This document shows, piece after piece, positions 1 to 13,463 of a stretch of DNA of 64,000 bases; position 1 is the stretch's first letter, and each line of letters opens with the position of its first letter. The notes under the pieces were generated by a model that saw only the letters and a program-made list of their open reading frames with translations, was not told the DNA's origin and ran no database searches. The stretch covers positions 4,526,001 to 4,590,000 of the forward strand of contig OX597824.1 in NCBI GenBank assembly GCA_951406725.2, given 5' to 3'. Source of the DNA: Octopus vulgaris. Taxonomy: Eukaryota. The translations under genes and the position numbers were made by a program.

Positions 1-1759
1 TCTTGGGGAATAAACAATCATTAGTCACAAGCTATGTCACTGGTATTGCATTGTGTTTGTTGCCCAGACACGTAAACTCCGGATCAATGAGTCTAAAACA
101 GACATAACAGAACGGTGGAAAATTGCTGCTGCTGCAAACAATAGGAATACTGTGAAAATGACAAGTAGTGAATTAGCTTGTAGTTCTTCTTTGGCTGAGA
201 GAGAAAAACTGGATCACTTTGGTATCATGAAGAAGCCAACTGGTACTATCTGTTGATGGATATTGCAAAACTAGGAAAAGATGACTTGAAAGCTGGTCAA
301 CAGAGGGGATTGGACAAGATAGGAGCAGATAAAAGACCTTTTAATAAAAAAAATAAAACTGGAAGAATTCTTGGATTTTTTCACACCCCATAAAATTCTA
401 TTTATGAAAGAGTTATAGAACTGAAGTCACATAAAGATGAAAGATTAAATTTTCTGATCCTCAATATCTTGATTAGATGACTGATTATATAATGGGCTTA
501 GCCTAGTCAAATGTTATGTTAACTGTTTGTTGTACTATCAATGTTCACTGAGCCATTTTGCTTTTATGGATTTAACCAACAGGAAGAGATAATGTCCGTA
601 ATTGTTGCAGAATCTCTGAGACTAGTGAAACTGATGTGGTTGCTATTCAGTTTAAACATCTGTAAGTTAACATCTGTGGGAGTGGTTTGTGCGATGCCAG
701 AGGGTAAGAGCAAGACACACTATGAATAATGAGAGACAGGTGTATTGGGTAGATTAAATTGAGATAGTATAAAACTATCTACTAATTCAGTTATACATTA
801 AACAATTGCTCGTCTCAAACAAAGGAGTTTGGCATAGAGCTAACCACCTCACTTCACACTTCATCATGCATGCACCTTAATCTGAACGAACAATATTTCT
901 AACAAAAAGCAATAAGTCTAAATTGCACAGAGAAAAAATATTAAAAAAAAAACCCCACACTCATTCTAATACTACACTTCAAATATTACATTATTACTTT
1001 CAATAGTAATATTACCTCAGATATCAAATTTTAATATATCATGAATGCTTATCATGTTTTTGCATATTATATAATCCCATGATAATCATATTATTTTCAC
1101 CTAAGATAGTAAATTTCTACTCATCAATGATTCATAGATGTTATTATTAATATCATTTGTCAGAATCTGTAGAGCATGGCAGCAATATGCATTGCAGTAT
1201 TTACTTTTATGATTCCCAGTTTTACATTCAAACATCACTACTGCTTTTCATAGCTTTGTGTGGTTCATAAAATAAGTACCAGTAATATATACTGCAATCA
1301 ATGCAATTGATAATATGCATTTTTTGTTATAGTTGGTGCAGTGATTAATTATTATAGCTTTTTTTTTTTTAATGTACTGACATAAAAACATGTACTGAGG
1401 GTGAATTAGGTTACCTAAGACCTTCCACATGCGTGAAGCTTTGAGCCAAATTGTCAGAAAAGTTCTGTGTTCAAGTACCACTAGAATTAATTTAAGTTTT
1501 ATAACTTTAGTGTCAATAATATAAGTACAGCATATCTAATTGACAATTATGCAATAAGTTCAAATAACAATTATCCTGCTATACAGATATTAGTCTTGAA
1601 AGAAGCCAAATAAAATCAACATTATTCACCAAGAAGCAAGGATAGCTGACTAAATACATTACGTTTAATCTCGCCAGTTCAAGTTACAAATTTAAAAATC
1701 ACTCTCATTAACTTCACTTTCCATCTTTGCACGAGTTTGTCATCAATCCAATAAAGTTC

Positions 1760-2650
1760 TTCTATGTGGCTGCTCTACCTGCTGGAGATAACAGTTAAAT
1801 CACTGTAAAACTAGACACTACTGTCTTTTAAAAACAAAAGACACTTTGGATAATGTAGTCTAGGTTACACACTTCCTAAATCAAAAGATTTGCTGGTTGT
1901 AGCTTAAATAAGTAATCATTATGGTGTAAGTTCAATCCCTGCTCAATCAGTGCTGCTCTGGAGATAAAGTCCTACGGCACCTCCAGACCCTTGTGGCATA
2001 GTCTAAATCTTAATGCCTCAAGTTCAGTGCAGACATTCCTTATCTTGCATTTATGCTACTCATGTTCAAAGTCAGTTTCATTTTCTCATGACAAAATATG
2101 AAGAACCCATTGCTAATGAGAAGTGTCACCAATCTCAATCAATCACAGCAGATGAGGGAACCCTTTATGTAGTGACTTGAACCAATAGAAATAACAGGTA
2201 AATGTCCCCCAATTCACACTTTACCATTTTGAAGGACACATTAGATGATGTATTCCAACATTGATATCCTGCAAAAAAGATTAGAAGTCATAACTGGAAT
2301 GCTTTTGAACATAGATTTGCTTAGTTGGAGTTGACCTAGGGTTAAATAACAACAAACAGCAACAAAATAATCCCTGTGTTCATAAAATCAACTAAAGATA
2401 AATAATGAAAACAAAAACATATAAGCCATCATGTGAGTGTAAGGCTCCACAATCTGCTAGATATAGCAGTCAAATCCCTTTAAAATCACATCTTATCATC
2501 TTAAAATAGGAAGGATATGTTAGGTAATATAGTCCATGCTACATTATGCCTGAATTAATGACAGAGTAGTCATTGGTGGAAACACCTTTGATCATAAGTC
2601 TGCTCAATTAGGGCACCCCCAGGGGAAAACCCCACAACAACAACAACAAA
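1760..2650 (+). mobile_element. Three tandem degenerate copies of a dispersed SINE-like 3' body/tail ending in (CAA)n (about 1760-1960, 2160-2365, 2440-2650)
   Basis: Shared motifs ctgctagaaataacag..aaat..ccctcaaatcacac, gacacattggataatgtagtc and gcctttgatcatag..ctgctcaatcagg. Related copies at about 4960-5190(-), 6790-6950(+), 13500-13690(-) and 13730-13910(-). Confidence 0.6.
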
Positions 2651-3100
2651 GAAAAACGCATTTGATTTCGTTGCAAGACTACTTTTGATTACTCTTGTTA
2701 TTAAACACAAAACTGTAGACCAGGAGAAATAGGATGCTGTGTGATGTTCATGCCTTTCTAAAGGATATTAGCAGCATAAACAAGATGAAATAGCATTATC
2801 TGGCGAAGAATTGAAAGCAGTCCATCTATTCAGCCTGGCATGTGTTTATTACTCTCTTACTCTGTGGCACTTACCAAAAGAAATCAATGTGTTCACCTGA
2901 ATATATTACATTTTCATATAACAGCTATGATATCACACTTCAAATACTACATTATCACACTTCACATGGATTGCAGCCAAGCTTGAAAAGCTCTACCTTT
3001 ATAGTCTACTAATATTTAAACAACATACCTTGTTACACCCTTTTCCTGTTTTATTTCTTTTCTTTTTTTTTTTTTGCTTTTCTTGGCACTTTCAAGCCTC

Positions 3101-3137
3101 AACACCCTTTTCAACAACTCTCTCTCTCTCCCTCTCC

Positions 3138-3185
<48 letters not shown>

Positions 3186-3208
3186 TTATCTCTCTCTCTC
3201 CCTCTCTC

Positions 3209-3241
<33 letters not shown>

Positions 3242-3244
3242 TTA

Positions 3245-3287
<43 letters not shown>

Positions 3288-3782
3288 TTATCTCTCTCTC
3301 TCACAGCACCCTTTTTTAACTCTCTCTCTCTCTCTCTTTCTTTCTCTCTCAACACCCTTTTCAACAACTCTCTCTCTCTCTCTCTTTCTTTCTCTCTCTC
3401 TCTCTCTCTCAACACCCTTTTCAACAACTCTCTTTTTCTCTCTCAACACCCTTTTCAACAACTCTCTCTCTCTCCCTCTCTCTTTCCTTCTCTCTCAACA
3501 CCCTTTTCAACAACTCTCTTTTTCTCTCTCAATACCCTTTTCAACAACTCTCTCTCTCTCCCTCTCTCTTTCCTTCTCTCTCAACACCCTTTTCAACAAC
3601 TCTCTTTTTCTCTCTCAATACCCTTTTCAACAACTCTCTCTCTCTCCCTCTCTCTTTCCTTCTCTCTCAACACCCTTTTCAACAACTCTCTTTTTCTCTC
3701 TCAATACCCTTTTCAACAACTCTCTCTCTCTCCCTCTCTCTTTCCTTCTCTCTCAACACCCTTTTCAACAACTCTCTCTCTC
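3101..3782. repeat. CT/TCTA microsatellite with an embedded 86-bp higher-order minisatellite
   Basis: Motif aa(c/t)acccttttcaacaactc starts at 3101, 3351, 3411, 3445, 3497, 3531, 3583, 3617, 3669, 3703 and 3755. From 3411 onward the spacing alternates 34/52 bp. Confidence 0.95.
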
Positions 3783-4014
3783 CCTGCTTTTTTTCTCTTT
3801 CTTTCTCTCGCCCTTCCATTGATACGCCATGATATCAGGCATGCACTTTTCAGTATGCACCAAAATACATGCTCCCCTCCCCCCACTGAACACACAGCAT
3901 AAATGTATGCATTATCCTTAATGCACATGTCATATTGAGACATTTCAGCTAAGTGTCTACTTTACAACATTCTCAACTTTAAACAAAAACTAAATCTGTG
4001 TTTCCTTTTTTTTT

Positions 4015-4085
4015 TATATATATATATATATATATATAAGCCTAAATTTTCTATCAGACTGGCAATTCGTTTTTGCTATTGTTAT

Positions 4086-4136
<51 letters not shown>
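4015..4136. repeat. Two (TA)n microsatellites
   Basis: Direct reading. Confidence 0.95.
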
Positions 4137-4139
<3 letters not shown>

Positions 4140-4455
4140 GTTTGAGTGTGTACATTGCCAGTACATACAACCATACACAGACATAAATATAAACATGTGT
4201 GCGTACAAGCATATTACACACACATACACACACAACTACATATTCCAAATGTTTCATTTCCCACCGTTGGTGTTTGGAAAAGCTTATTTGGTGCTGATAC
4301 CTAATTCTATGAAAAACTTTAGCATTTTTAATGCATCAAAGTGATGAGTGGCAAAATATACAGGGAAGCTGCAGGCAAGATACCCAAGTCTCAATACTTC
4401 GTTGTATGCAACTTCACATTAATTAAATTGATAATAATTCTTCAAAAATCCTTCT

Positions 4456-4690
4456 AAGGTGGCGAACTGACGGAATCGTTAGCACACCGGGCGAAATGCG
4501 TAGCCATATTTCGTCTGCCGTTACGCTCTGAGTTCAAATTTCGCTGAGGTTGACTTTGCCTTTCATCCTTTCGGGGTTGATAAATTAAGTACCAGCTACG
4601 CACTGGAGTCGATGTAATCAACTTAATCCCTTTGTTTGTCCTTGTTTGTCCCCTCTGTGTTTAGCCCCTTGTGGGCAGTAAAGAAATAAT
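4456..4690 (+). mobile_element. tRNA-derived SINE, family 1 (Meta-domain-like centre)
   Basis: Head ggtggcgaactgacggaatcgttagc, B-box gagttcaaat, central gactttgcctttcatcctttcggggttgataaattaagtacc. Several further copies in the window. Confidence 0.85.
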
Positions 4691-5199
4691 AATCTTTGGA
4701 AAATCCAAATGTAGATGTTTGAACTGTTGTATTTCTAAAGAAATCAAGATTCATTTCTAGATGAGAAATATTTTTTATTGGACTGATAGAATCTGTAGAG
4801 CAATGGACAAAATACCTGGTGGTATTATTTATTACTTCCCAAAAATTCCACATTCGAATTCCATGGCATTTCATGTTTCTGGAATGAATAAAACACCAGT
4901 CAAGGACTGGGGTCAAATAGATTGACAATTTCAGAACAAATGGCTTTGTGTGTGTATGTCTGGAATCCTTTCTATTACTGCTTTCACTGACACCTAAATC
5001 AACTCTGATCAATCTGCTCTATAATTAAAGGCATTCTAGTTATTATCGATCCATCTTTTTCCTTTCTTTGAAGAAATCCAGGACAATACTACGCACTTTG
5101 TCCTTTTCTATGATAATGAGACATGATTTAAGAGAGATTTAGCTGTTATTTCTAGTAGGTCGAACAACTATATTGAGAATCTTTCATTGTGTATAGAGT

Positions 5200-6030
5200 A
5201 CTACTTTGATGTCTTGACACCTTTTTATCCTACTGTCATCCTTTTATAGGCATTACATATCCATCCTCGTTTAGTCTTCTCAGAAGTTTTCCTCTCAACT
5301 AATTTGTGCTCTGACGTCTGTGCAGACATCCAGCATACATACCTCGTTCCTGTCCAGCTTTTGCATGTCCACTGCATTCATTGCTTTTGTATTGCTTCTA
5401 TGCAATATTACACTTTGTACACAAGCATCTACTTGTCATTCAAAGAAGTAATCTCCTTGATGCCAACAGAGGTAACAGCTCCCCAAAGTTTTTCAACCTT
5501 GTCCTTACACTGGTTAATATGCTTTGATTTCTTGGCTGTCTCAGTTAACGAATGTTTCAAGTATTTTTACGGAGGCTTCTTTCCATCATTTGGAATAACG
5601 AATGCACTTACTGCTCCACATGAAGTCTTATTTCTTTATGCATAATTCCACTGCATTTCTTGTATTATCATGTGTACAGTACAGACTTCTTACCTACACC
5701 TTTTTGGGCATAATAAGCCTTATCAGTTCCCAAGTGGCTGATCGCTATTCTTTGTCACTAAAATACTAATCTCAGAGGTTTACTTTTAGAGTTCCTGAAT
5801 ATAGGCTTTGCTTCCATATATTCAACTGCATCTCTATTTCTTTAGATGGTTCAGAAACGAGAGGTACATCATGACTATACAGCTGTTCTCCAGACAGTCT
5901 TGGACTCCACTTTATGGCAAGGAAACATAATTAACCTTAGCTGCATGCCAGATTCTTTACCAAAATCACTGCTATCACTCACCTGTACATGGTCGATATG
6001 GCTGTCATAATCTATTTATCTACATTTGAT
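5200..6030 (-). mobile_element. Heavily decayed RTE-like LINE ORF2 fragment (RT C-terminal half)
   Basis: Minus strand yields remnants FGELLPLLASRRL, DACVQSVILH and a C.KGVG..S..CT...KKCSGI segment homologous to the element at 25889. Confidence 0.65.
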
Positions 6031-6041
6031 ATTATGGGAAC

Positions 6042-6413
6042 GGTGGAGGCGCAATGGCCCAATGGTTAGGGTAGCGGACTCACGGTCATAGGATCGCGGT
6101 TTCGATTCCCAGACCGGGCATTGTGAGTGTTTATTCAGCGAAAACACCTAAAGGATGGTGGTGATCCCTGCTGTACTCTTTCACCACAACTTTCTCTCAC
6201 TCTTACTTCCTGTTTCTGTTGTACCTGTATTTCAAAGGGCCGGCCTTGTCACTCTCTGTGTCACGCTGAATATCCCCGAGAACTACATTAAGGGTACACA
6301 TGTCTGTGGAGTGCTCAGCCACTTACATGTTAATTTCATGAGCAGGCTGTTCCGTTGATTCGGATCAACCGGAACCCTCATCGTCGTAACCGACGGAGTG
6401 CTTCCAAAAAAGA
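6042..6413 (+). mobile_element. Full-length tRNA-derived SINE, family 2, with 11-bp TSD
   Basis: tRNA-like head with A box (tggcccaatgg) and B box (gtttcgattcc), A-rich end. TSD attatgggaac at 6031-6041 and 6414-6424. Confidence 0.9.
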
Positions 6414-7043
6414 ATTATGGGAACTTAGCAATTACCAAACGACAGAATAAAGCCCCTTGTCCAGTGCACTCTCCAGATCAACAAATGATTAATATAATGG
6501 TTTGCTCGTAACAAAGAACTTATGCAGCTAACTCAGTAATGAGAAGATATTGGAAGGGCCATTTTTTAATAGGATCCTCAAATATTTTCCATTCCAACTA
6601 ACTCTCCTAAATAGCTGCAGTGTAACTATTTCTGTTAATTACATAATTTGGTCCATCAATTTGATTTTTTGCTTATTTCTAGAGCTTCTTGTTCGTCGTT
6701 CATTATAGCCATTGATGATGATACATGTTTGCCAGTCATTGGTGATGACACCTCCTTATGCTATATAACTGATTATAAACTAATGAAGGAGCCTCACCAT
6801 GGTTGTCAAACTAGCTAGAAATAACTGTTAAATTTCCCTCAAATCAGATCCTACTGTTTTAATACATTATGAAAAGTTGTTCTACATAGCTCCAAAACAA
6901 TGGAATGACCATAGCCATAATGCCTCTGATCATAAGGTTAAACAGCAACAACCTGACTGAGTATGTGAGGGACTAGCATCTGTTCTATTCTACTGGATTT
7001 AGGAAGTTTCTTTTGTGCGTGTGTTTGTGCATGCGTGTGTGTG

Positions 7044-7083
<40 letters not shown>

Positions 7084-7261
7084 TGTAATTAATACATGTA
7101 TAAAAACATACACATTTAACACACGACCAGACAGTTTCTGTCTACCAAAATTTCACTTGCAAGGCATTGGTCAACTAGCATCTTTGGTTAAAAAACACTT
7201 ACCTAAAGTGCCAGCTGTGTGATCAAACCCAACCTGCTTGTACATGTGTAATACATATGCA

Positions 7262-7300
<39 letters not shown>

Positions 7301-7366
7301 TTCAGTGTCTTCACAGTGAATTCAATTATGAACACTGACATTGCCTATGTCCTACATATGAGGTTA

Positions 7367-8213
7367 TGAGGTGGTATCAAAGAGTTTCTGGTCTAGTTCT
7401 GTAGCATGCCAACAGATGGCAGTACACAGTTGCATGTGCAGTGAGAGCTTGCAGTGACCTTCAGTGATGCAGGGTGCTGAGTGACATTGCTGTATTTACT
7501 TTACAAGTTGTAAAATTTGTGTTTGTGTGATCATGTTTATGTTGTAGTCTGCGATTTTTGTCATAGACAGGAACAAAGAGCCAACGTGAAATTTTGCATT
7601 AAACTTGGGAAGTCTGCTCCACAGACATTGAGCATGCTTTGGCAAGCTTATAGCGATGAGGTAATGTTTTGGAAGATGATAAGTGATCTAGAAGACCTGC
7701 CATGAGCGTCACTCTCAGAAATGTGTAGAGAATTCATCAACTCATGCATGAGGATCGTCAGAGAACAATCAATGATGTTATTTGAAGGAGGACATTTGGC
7801 AAAAGCAACTGGATCTGTGGAGCTTGAAGAATTAGATTCTTCACAACGACAAAGCACTCTGTCACCCAGCTCTCCTCACTCATGACTTTCAAGCCAAAAA
7901 CAACATAACACTTCCGCACCCACCCTATTTGCCAGATTTAGTTCTTCCGGGCTTCCAGTTTTTCCCCAAGATGAAAATACAGCTCAAAGGTCACCATTTT
8001 AACAATGTTGTCAAAATCTAGAGCAAATCACAGAAGGTTCTCGGCTCGCTTACAGAAAATGACTTCCTGGCTGGATTCTAAAAGTTGCAGGGATGCTGGG
8101 ACCAGTGTATTGCTGTGCAAGGTGACTATTTCAAAGGAGACGATGTTAAAACTTAGGTAAATAAGTTATTTTTTATCAATCATGACTAGTCCAGGAACAT
8201 TATGATACCACTT
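7367..8213 (+). mobile_element. Internally deleted mariner (DD34D) transposon
   Basis: Imperfect TIRs (gaggtggtatcaaagagtttctggtctagt / actagtccaggaacattatgataccac) next to TA. N-terminal EQRANVKFCIKLGKSA..TL.ML.QAY; C-terminal HPPYLPDL...FFPKMK.QLKG and WDQCIAVQGDYF, with stops. Confidence 0.9.
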
Positions 8214-9027
8214 TATTCATGAAGTCCTGTAGCTCAGTGGTTCATCAGGTGAAGACATGAGATAAATTTGCTCACTTGAAAACAAGCAAGTGTTGACATC
8301 AGGAAGGGCATCCAGCCATAGAATATTGCCCTGAGAAGTTTATTCAATCCATGCAAGCTTTGGAAAATAAGATGCATAAAACAATGGTGGTGGTGCTGGT
8401 GCTGGTGGTGGTGGTGCTGGTGGTGGTGATCATGATGGTGTGTGTGGGGGGGTGCAAGCGCTTCTGCATGAACACATTTCTTGCAGAAAACAGCTGAAGA
8501 TCACGAAGACAAAGATTAAAGCATCAACAACAGGAACCACAACAACAATCGAAATCTTAACAGCAAGTTTCTAAAATCAAATCATTAGCTGTCAAAATGA
8601 TTTTATTAATCATCTCCTTTATACTGATGACTTTGTCCTTCTTCACCTTCAAATGCTGTTTCCTTCTTTTTTTTCTCTCTCTCTCTAATGAATTTGCCAA
8701 GACAAATGTTGAGTGCCAAATTTAATTTGCCTATCCATGAACCAAAAACCCGAACTGTTCAATAAACTTCACTTACCTGACTTATGCTGTTAAATAATTA
8801 TCTTAGCTATCACTGGTGCCAATCCATGTACATCAAACAGTCATACATGCATGTGTATAGGTATGATTATTCAACACATGCAAATGTGTGTATGTTTGTG
8901 TGTGTTTGTGAATGGATATGAAGAGAGAAAGAGAGAGGAGGATGGCAGGAGGGATGAAAACTCCATACGCATGTGAAATTCAGACAAATCCAACTACATA
9001 TATATAAAGCATAAAAAGGGGCATATT

Positions 9028-9069
<42 letters not shown>

Positions 9070-10409
9070 ACATACAGATTGTAACATATCTACACACACA
9101 CCTGTGTGGTGTATTGAGTGTATGTGCATGTGTATGCATGTATGTGTCTATATATATATAGATATATTCATACATACATACATACACACAGCCACATTCA
9201 CAAATGTGTGAATATGTGTATATTTGAGTGTGTGTGCGTGTGTGAATGTGTACGCATGCGTGTGAGAGTGTGAGAGAGTGTATTTGTGTTTGCATAGTTA
9301 TTTAATATCAGTAGAAATTCCTAAAAGATGGAGACAATATTAACCCCATAAGTACAAAGCAGAGTGAAAAGGTTATGCATTAGTGCAGCTTTCCCCTTAA
9401 TTGCAACATTTCTGGTGACTAGAAAGCTATGCAGTGCAGCATTGCAGTTCCTGTTACACTTGAGCTTACAAAAATTACGCAGCACAGCATGCTAAATGTC
9501 TGGTCTCAATTAAATCAAACCTGTAATGAAGACATCTATTAACGTTTTATTTGTTTATTTATTTATTTATTTATTTGTGTGTGTGTGTGTGCATTTGTGC
9601 ACGTGTGTGCTCATGCTGCATATTGGTATGGCTGAGTGATGAACAGGTTTGCTTTCTAACCATAGCGTCACATGTTCAGTCCCACGGTGGGGCACCTTGT
9701 ACTAGTGTCTTTACTATAGCTTCAAGTTAACCCAGTTCATGTAAGGCAAATTGAGTGGATTGAAACTGTATGGATGGCCACCAGATAGGTTAAACCCATA
9801 ATAATTCCAAGGTTCAGTTTTATCACTTTTGCGTTAGCTGAGCATTACATTAGGGGTGTGTGTACCTCTTTGCATGCTAATTCAATGAGGAAGTTGTCCA
9901 GTTGACTGATCAACTAGATGGTCAAGGGAGAGTCCATCCATTTATGTATGCATTTATATGTGAAAGAGAGAGAGAGTGTGCAAAGGAGAGAGAGAATATG
10001 TGTGTGTATAAATGAGTGTGCATATTTTTGTATGTGTATGTGTATACATGGTTGTGTAAACACATGGTTGCAAGTTCTATCGAATAATGTTGTACCTTGA
10101 GCAAGGTACCTCTGCTCTAGTCTCAGGCTGACCAATGCCTTGTCAGCAGAATTGGTAAGCAGAAACTGGATGTCTATGTATGTCCTTGTAAATGCTTACA
10201 TTATGTGTCTTTGCATGAAAGTGTCCAGAAAAACACAGTAATGTCCAGTCAACTGTACTTTTGAAGATAAGTGGAGTAAAAAAAAAAATCCCTTACTTGA
10301 AGAACAAGTAAAGATTAGTGGTAAGAAGAGATTACCTCAATAATAACATGCATTAATCCAACTCGTGCTTGCTTTGAAAAACATGTAAAATGAAAAATGC
10401 ACATATACA

Positions 10410-10612
10410 GGAAAAGGTGGAGGAGGAAATTGGGAGGGTTGGTTTGAAAAAGGAGGAGGCTCAAAACTGGGCAAGATGGTGAGATGGTATGAGGACGGTT
10501 GCTATGGTATTGAGGTAGATCCAACCACCCCTGTTAATGGGGACAAAACCCAGATTTAAAACACTGGATGTTGATGATGATGATGATGATGCTGATGATG
10601 ATGATGATGACG
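10410..10612 (+). mobile_element. RTE-type LINE 3' end with (GAT)n tail
   Basis: Reverse-complement homolog of about 45433-45600 (gaggtagatcc..cacccc.gttaa.ggggacaaaacc.gatt). Confidence 0.75.
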
Positions 10613-11412
10613 ACAGACATGCCTATACATATGCACACACTCTTCTCCTTTGGCAGCTGAATGTTTTGTGGAAGAATGAATCTACACGCGGAGAGACTTT
10701 CTTTGATTTCTGTGAACAATGGATAGTAATGCAACACGGGATTGTTCCCACCAGAGTACAGGCATGGGTTAGGTTGTATCAAAGACCACAGGAGCAGCAA
10801 GGGCAATGTGATACAGCTAGAAGAGAAACTGAAACGCTAGTTACAAAAAAACAAGAGAAACTAAGAGATTTGTTACGTATTCCGAGGCATAAACATGTTT
10901 GGGATTGCAAGGCAGTGTGCAAAGAGAGAAGTGTGAATGGACTGCTAACAGTACACTTGCACCATGCAGACTCAACATGGAGAGCAGCCATTGAAGCTAT
11001 CAGCAGTATGGTTGTTGCAAGCACAATTAAAAATATATAAAGGCAGGGAAAGGAAGTGGACTGTAAAGGATAGTTGCTGAAATGTGGAAAATATCTGGCA
11101 GAATAAGCCTCATACTAGCCTCTCACGTTGCTGTTTAGTTAACAAGGGGATGATGCTACTGCTATGCCAATGACTGGTATAGCCATACGATTAGAATTTG
11201 TAGTTGATGCATGGCTGATTTCAAATTATTGATCAACTATTCAGCAATCGCAATTGTAAGTCATATCAGGATCAAGAAGTATCCATGTAATGTCTAACTC
11301 ACTGAGTTTATAGTCAATCAGCTGTTTATGTTTTAGCCCCAGTGTTACATCATGTTCAGTGACAGGAAACTCAACTTGGACCTTCTATTCCATCTAGCTA
11401 TATAAAAATACC

Positions 11413-11660
11413 TATTTCTTTACTACCCACAGGGGGCTAAACACAGAGAGGACAAACAAGGACAGACAGACAGATTAAGTCGATTATATCCATAGTCTAT
11501 ACATACTTCTCCCAGTACGTAACTGGTACTTAATTTATTGACCCCGAAAGGATGAAAGGCAAAGTTGACCTCGGCGGAATTTGAACTCAGAACGTAACGG
11601 CAGACGAAATACAGCTACGCATTTCGCCCAGTGTGCTAACGTTTCTGCCAGCTCACTGCT
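11413..11660 (-). mobile_element. SINE family 1 copy
   Basis: Reverse complement of 4456-4690, including the same tail. Confidence 0.85.
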
Positions 11661-12672
11661 ATATAAAGATACCATCCATGGCACAACCCATAAATGCAAG
11701 AAGCATGAGTGCTTCAACAAGTTTTGCCACTTGTTTGCCCAGCTGTGTTATATCTTCAACTTCAAAAAAAAAAAAAACCTTTAAAAAAAAAGAAGAAATT
11801 AATGAACCCGGTTGCCAGTCAGCCCTGCTTTTGGATCTGGTCTCGAATCAGTGTTGCTGCTGGATTTGGACTCTGGATTCTGTTCCCGGCTATGCAGATG
11901 CTTTGTGCAACAATCATCTCATGCTACATGGAAACATGCACAAATAACTGGCCACCACTTAAGTGGATGTTTTATTTAATGGAAAAGCATAATGACGACA
12001 AAGGTATTCATATACATATTCTACCAGATTATGAAACAACTGAGATGAAACAGGATTATATCTGCCCGTAGTGAAAAACCTACAACTTTATATTTAAACC
12101 ATTTGTGTATATCATCACACACACATCCAAACATATACATACATACATACATACATACATACATACACAAGAAGATGAAGAGGAAGAAACAAGATTAGGC
12201 TGAAGAGGTAGATTGAAATAAGCTTAACAAATAATATTGAGTAATAAGAACAATATCAGTAAGTTAAGCGATTGATTATTGATTAAAAGACTATCATAGC
12301 AACAACAACAACAACAGCAGCAGCAGCAGTAGCAGCAATAGCAGCAGCAGCAGCACATGAAAGTAATGTTTTTCTTTTATATTTTATTACAACAACCAAA
12401 ACAGAACTAAATTTCCATTCTCCAGAGATTTTTGGTTCTCTGACGCTCTGGCATCAGTTGGAATTGATATTCTGATTCTAAAATCTCTGAGGTGAAATTA
12501 TGTTAAATTTCAGACCAAATTCCAGATGAAAGGAATGCAAATTTGGCAGGGTGGTTAGGTAGTGGTTGAGGTTGGCAGTGAATGGTGGTGGCTGTGCGGT
12601 TAGGGCAGACTGTAGTGCCGGTGGTGATGAGAGCAGTGGTAGGAACTTAGTGATTCTGAAGTAGTAGCTATA

Positions 12673-12675
12673 GTT

Positions 12676-12730
<55 letters not shown>
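12673..12730. repeat. (GTA)n microsatellite
   Basis: Direct reading. Confidence 0.95.
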
Positions 12731-13089
12731 ACAGTGAGTAGAGGTGGAGGTTGAGGCGAAGAAGATGCAATTCTGGTGTAAGAAGTGGTTACTGTCATGG
12801 CAGAGATGCAGAGGGGGCGCAGGGGGGGGGGGCGATGGTAGTCAATTGCAAGAGTAGTTATAGTGGTATTGGTGTTTGTATTATTTGTGGTGAAGGGATT
12901 GTCAAAGTGAGGGGATGGTCATAAGATTTTTAGTGGTGACTATGGTTCCTGTAATGTTGTGATGGTCACGGTGTGCTGTTGATGATGATGATGATGATGA
13001 TGTGGTGGTAGGTGGAAAATATAGGAATACCAGAAATATGATAATGATTGCAAGATGATGGAGGAGGGGGAGGAGGGAGGGAGGGGATT

Positions 13090-13463
13090 ACTCTGTTTTA
13101 CTTTTTTACTTGTTTCAGTCATGTGACTGTGGCCATGCTGGAGCACCGCCTTTAGCCGAGCAAATCGACCCCAGGACTTATTCTTTGTAAGCCTAGTACT
13201 TATTCTAACGGTCTCTCTTGCCAAACTGCTAAGTTACGGGGGACGTAAACGCACCAGCATCGGTTGTCAAGCGATGGTGGTGGAGACAAACACAGACACA
13301 CAAACATAAACACACACATACATATATATACATATATACGGCGGGCTTCTTTCAGTTTCCGTCTACCAAATCCACTCACAAGGCTTTGGTCGGCCCGAGG
13401 CTATAGTAGAAGACACTTGCCCAAGGTGCCACACAGTGGGACTGAACCCGGAACCATGTGGTT
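13090..13463 (-). mobile_element. tRNA-derived CORE-like SINE, family 3, with internal TA/CA tract
   Basis: Minus strand has ggttcagtcccactgtgtggcaccttgggcaagtgtcttc (B box plus CORE-like motif). Homologous to 45890-46302. Confidence 0.85.

Noticed and set aside
3030-3902. 290-aa ORF and CRISPR-like repeat/spacer appearance
   Set aside because: The ORF is a translation of CT repeats. The 'spacers' are themselves repeated CT tracts, the context is eukaryotic and there are no cas genes.
6042-6120. tRNA gene
   Set aside because: It is the head of a TSD-flanked SINE, not a standalone tRNA.
10537-11040. 167-aa ORF
   Set aside because: It starts in an RTE tail and (GAT)n, and has no recognisable domain or splice support.
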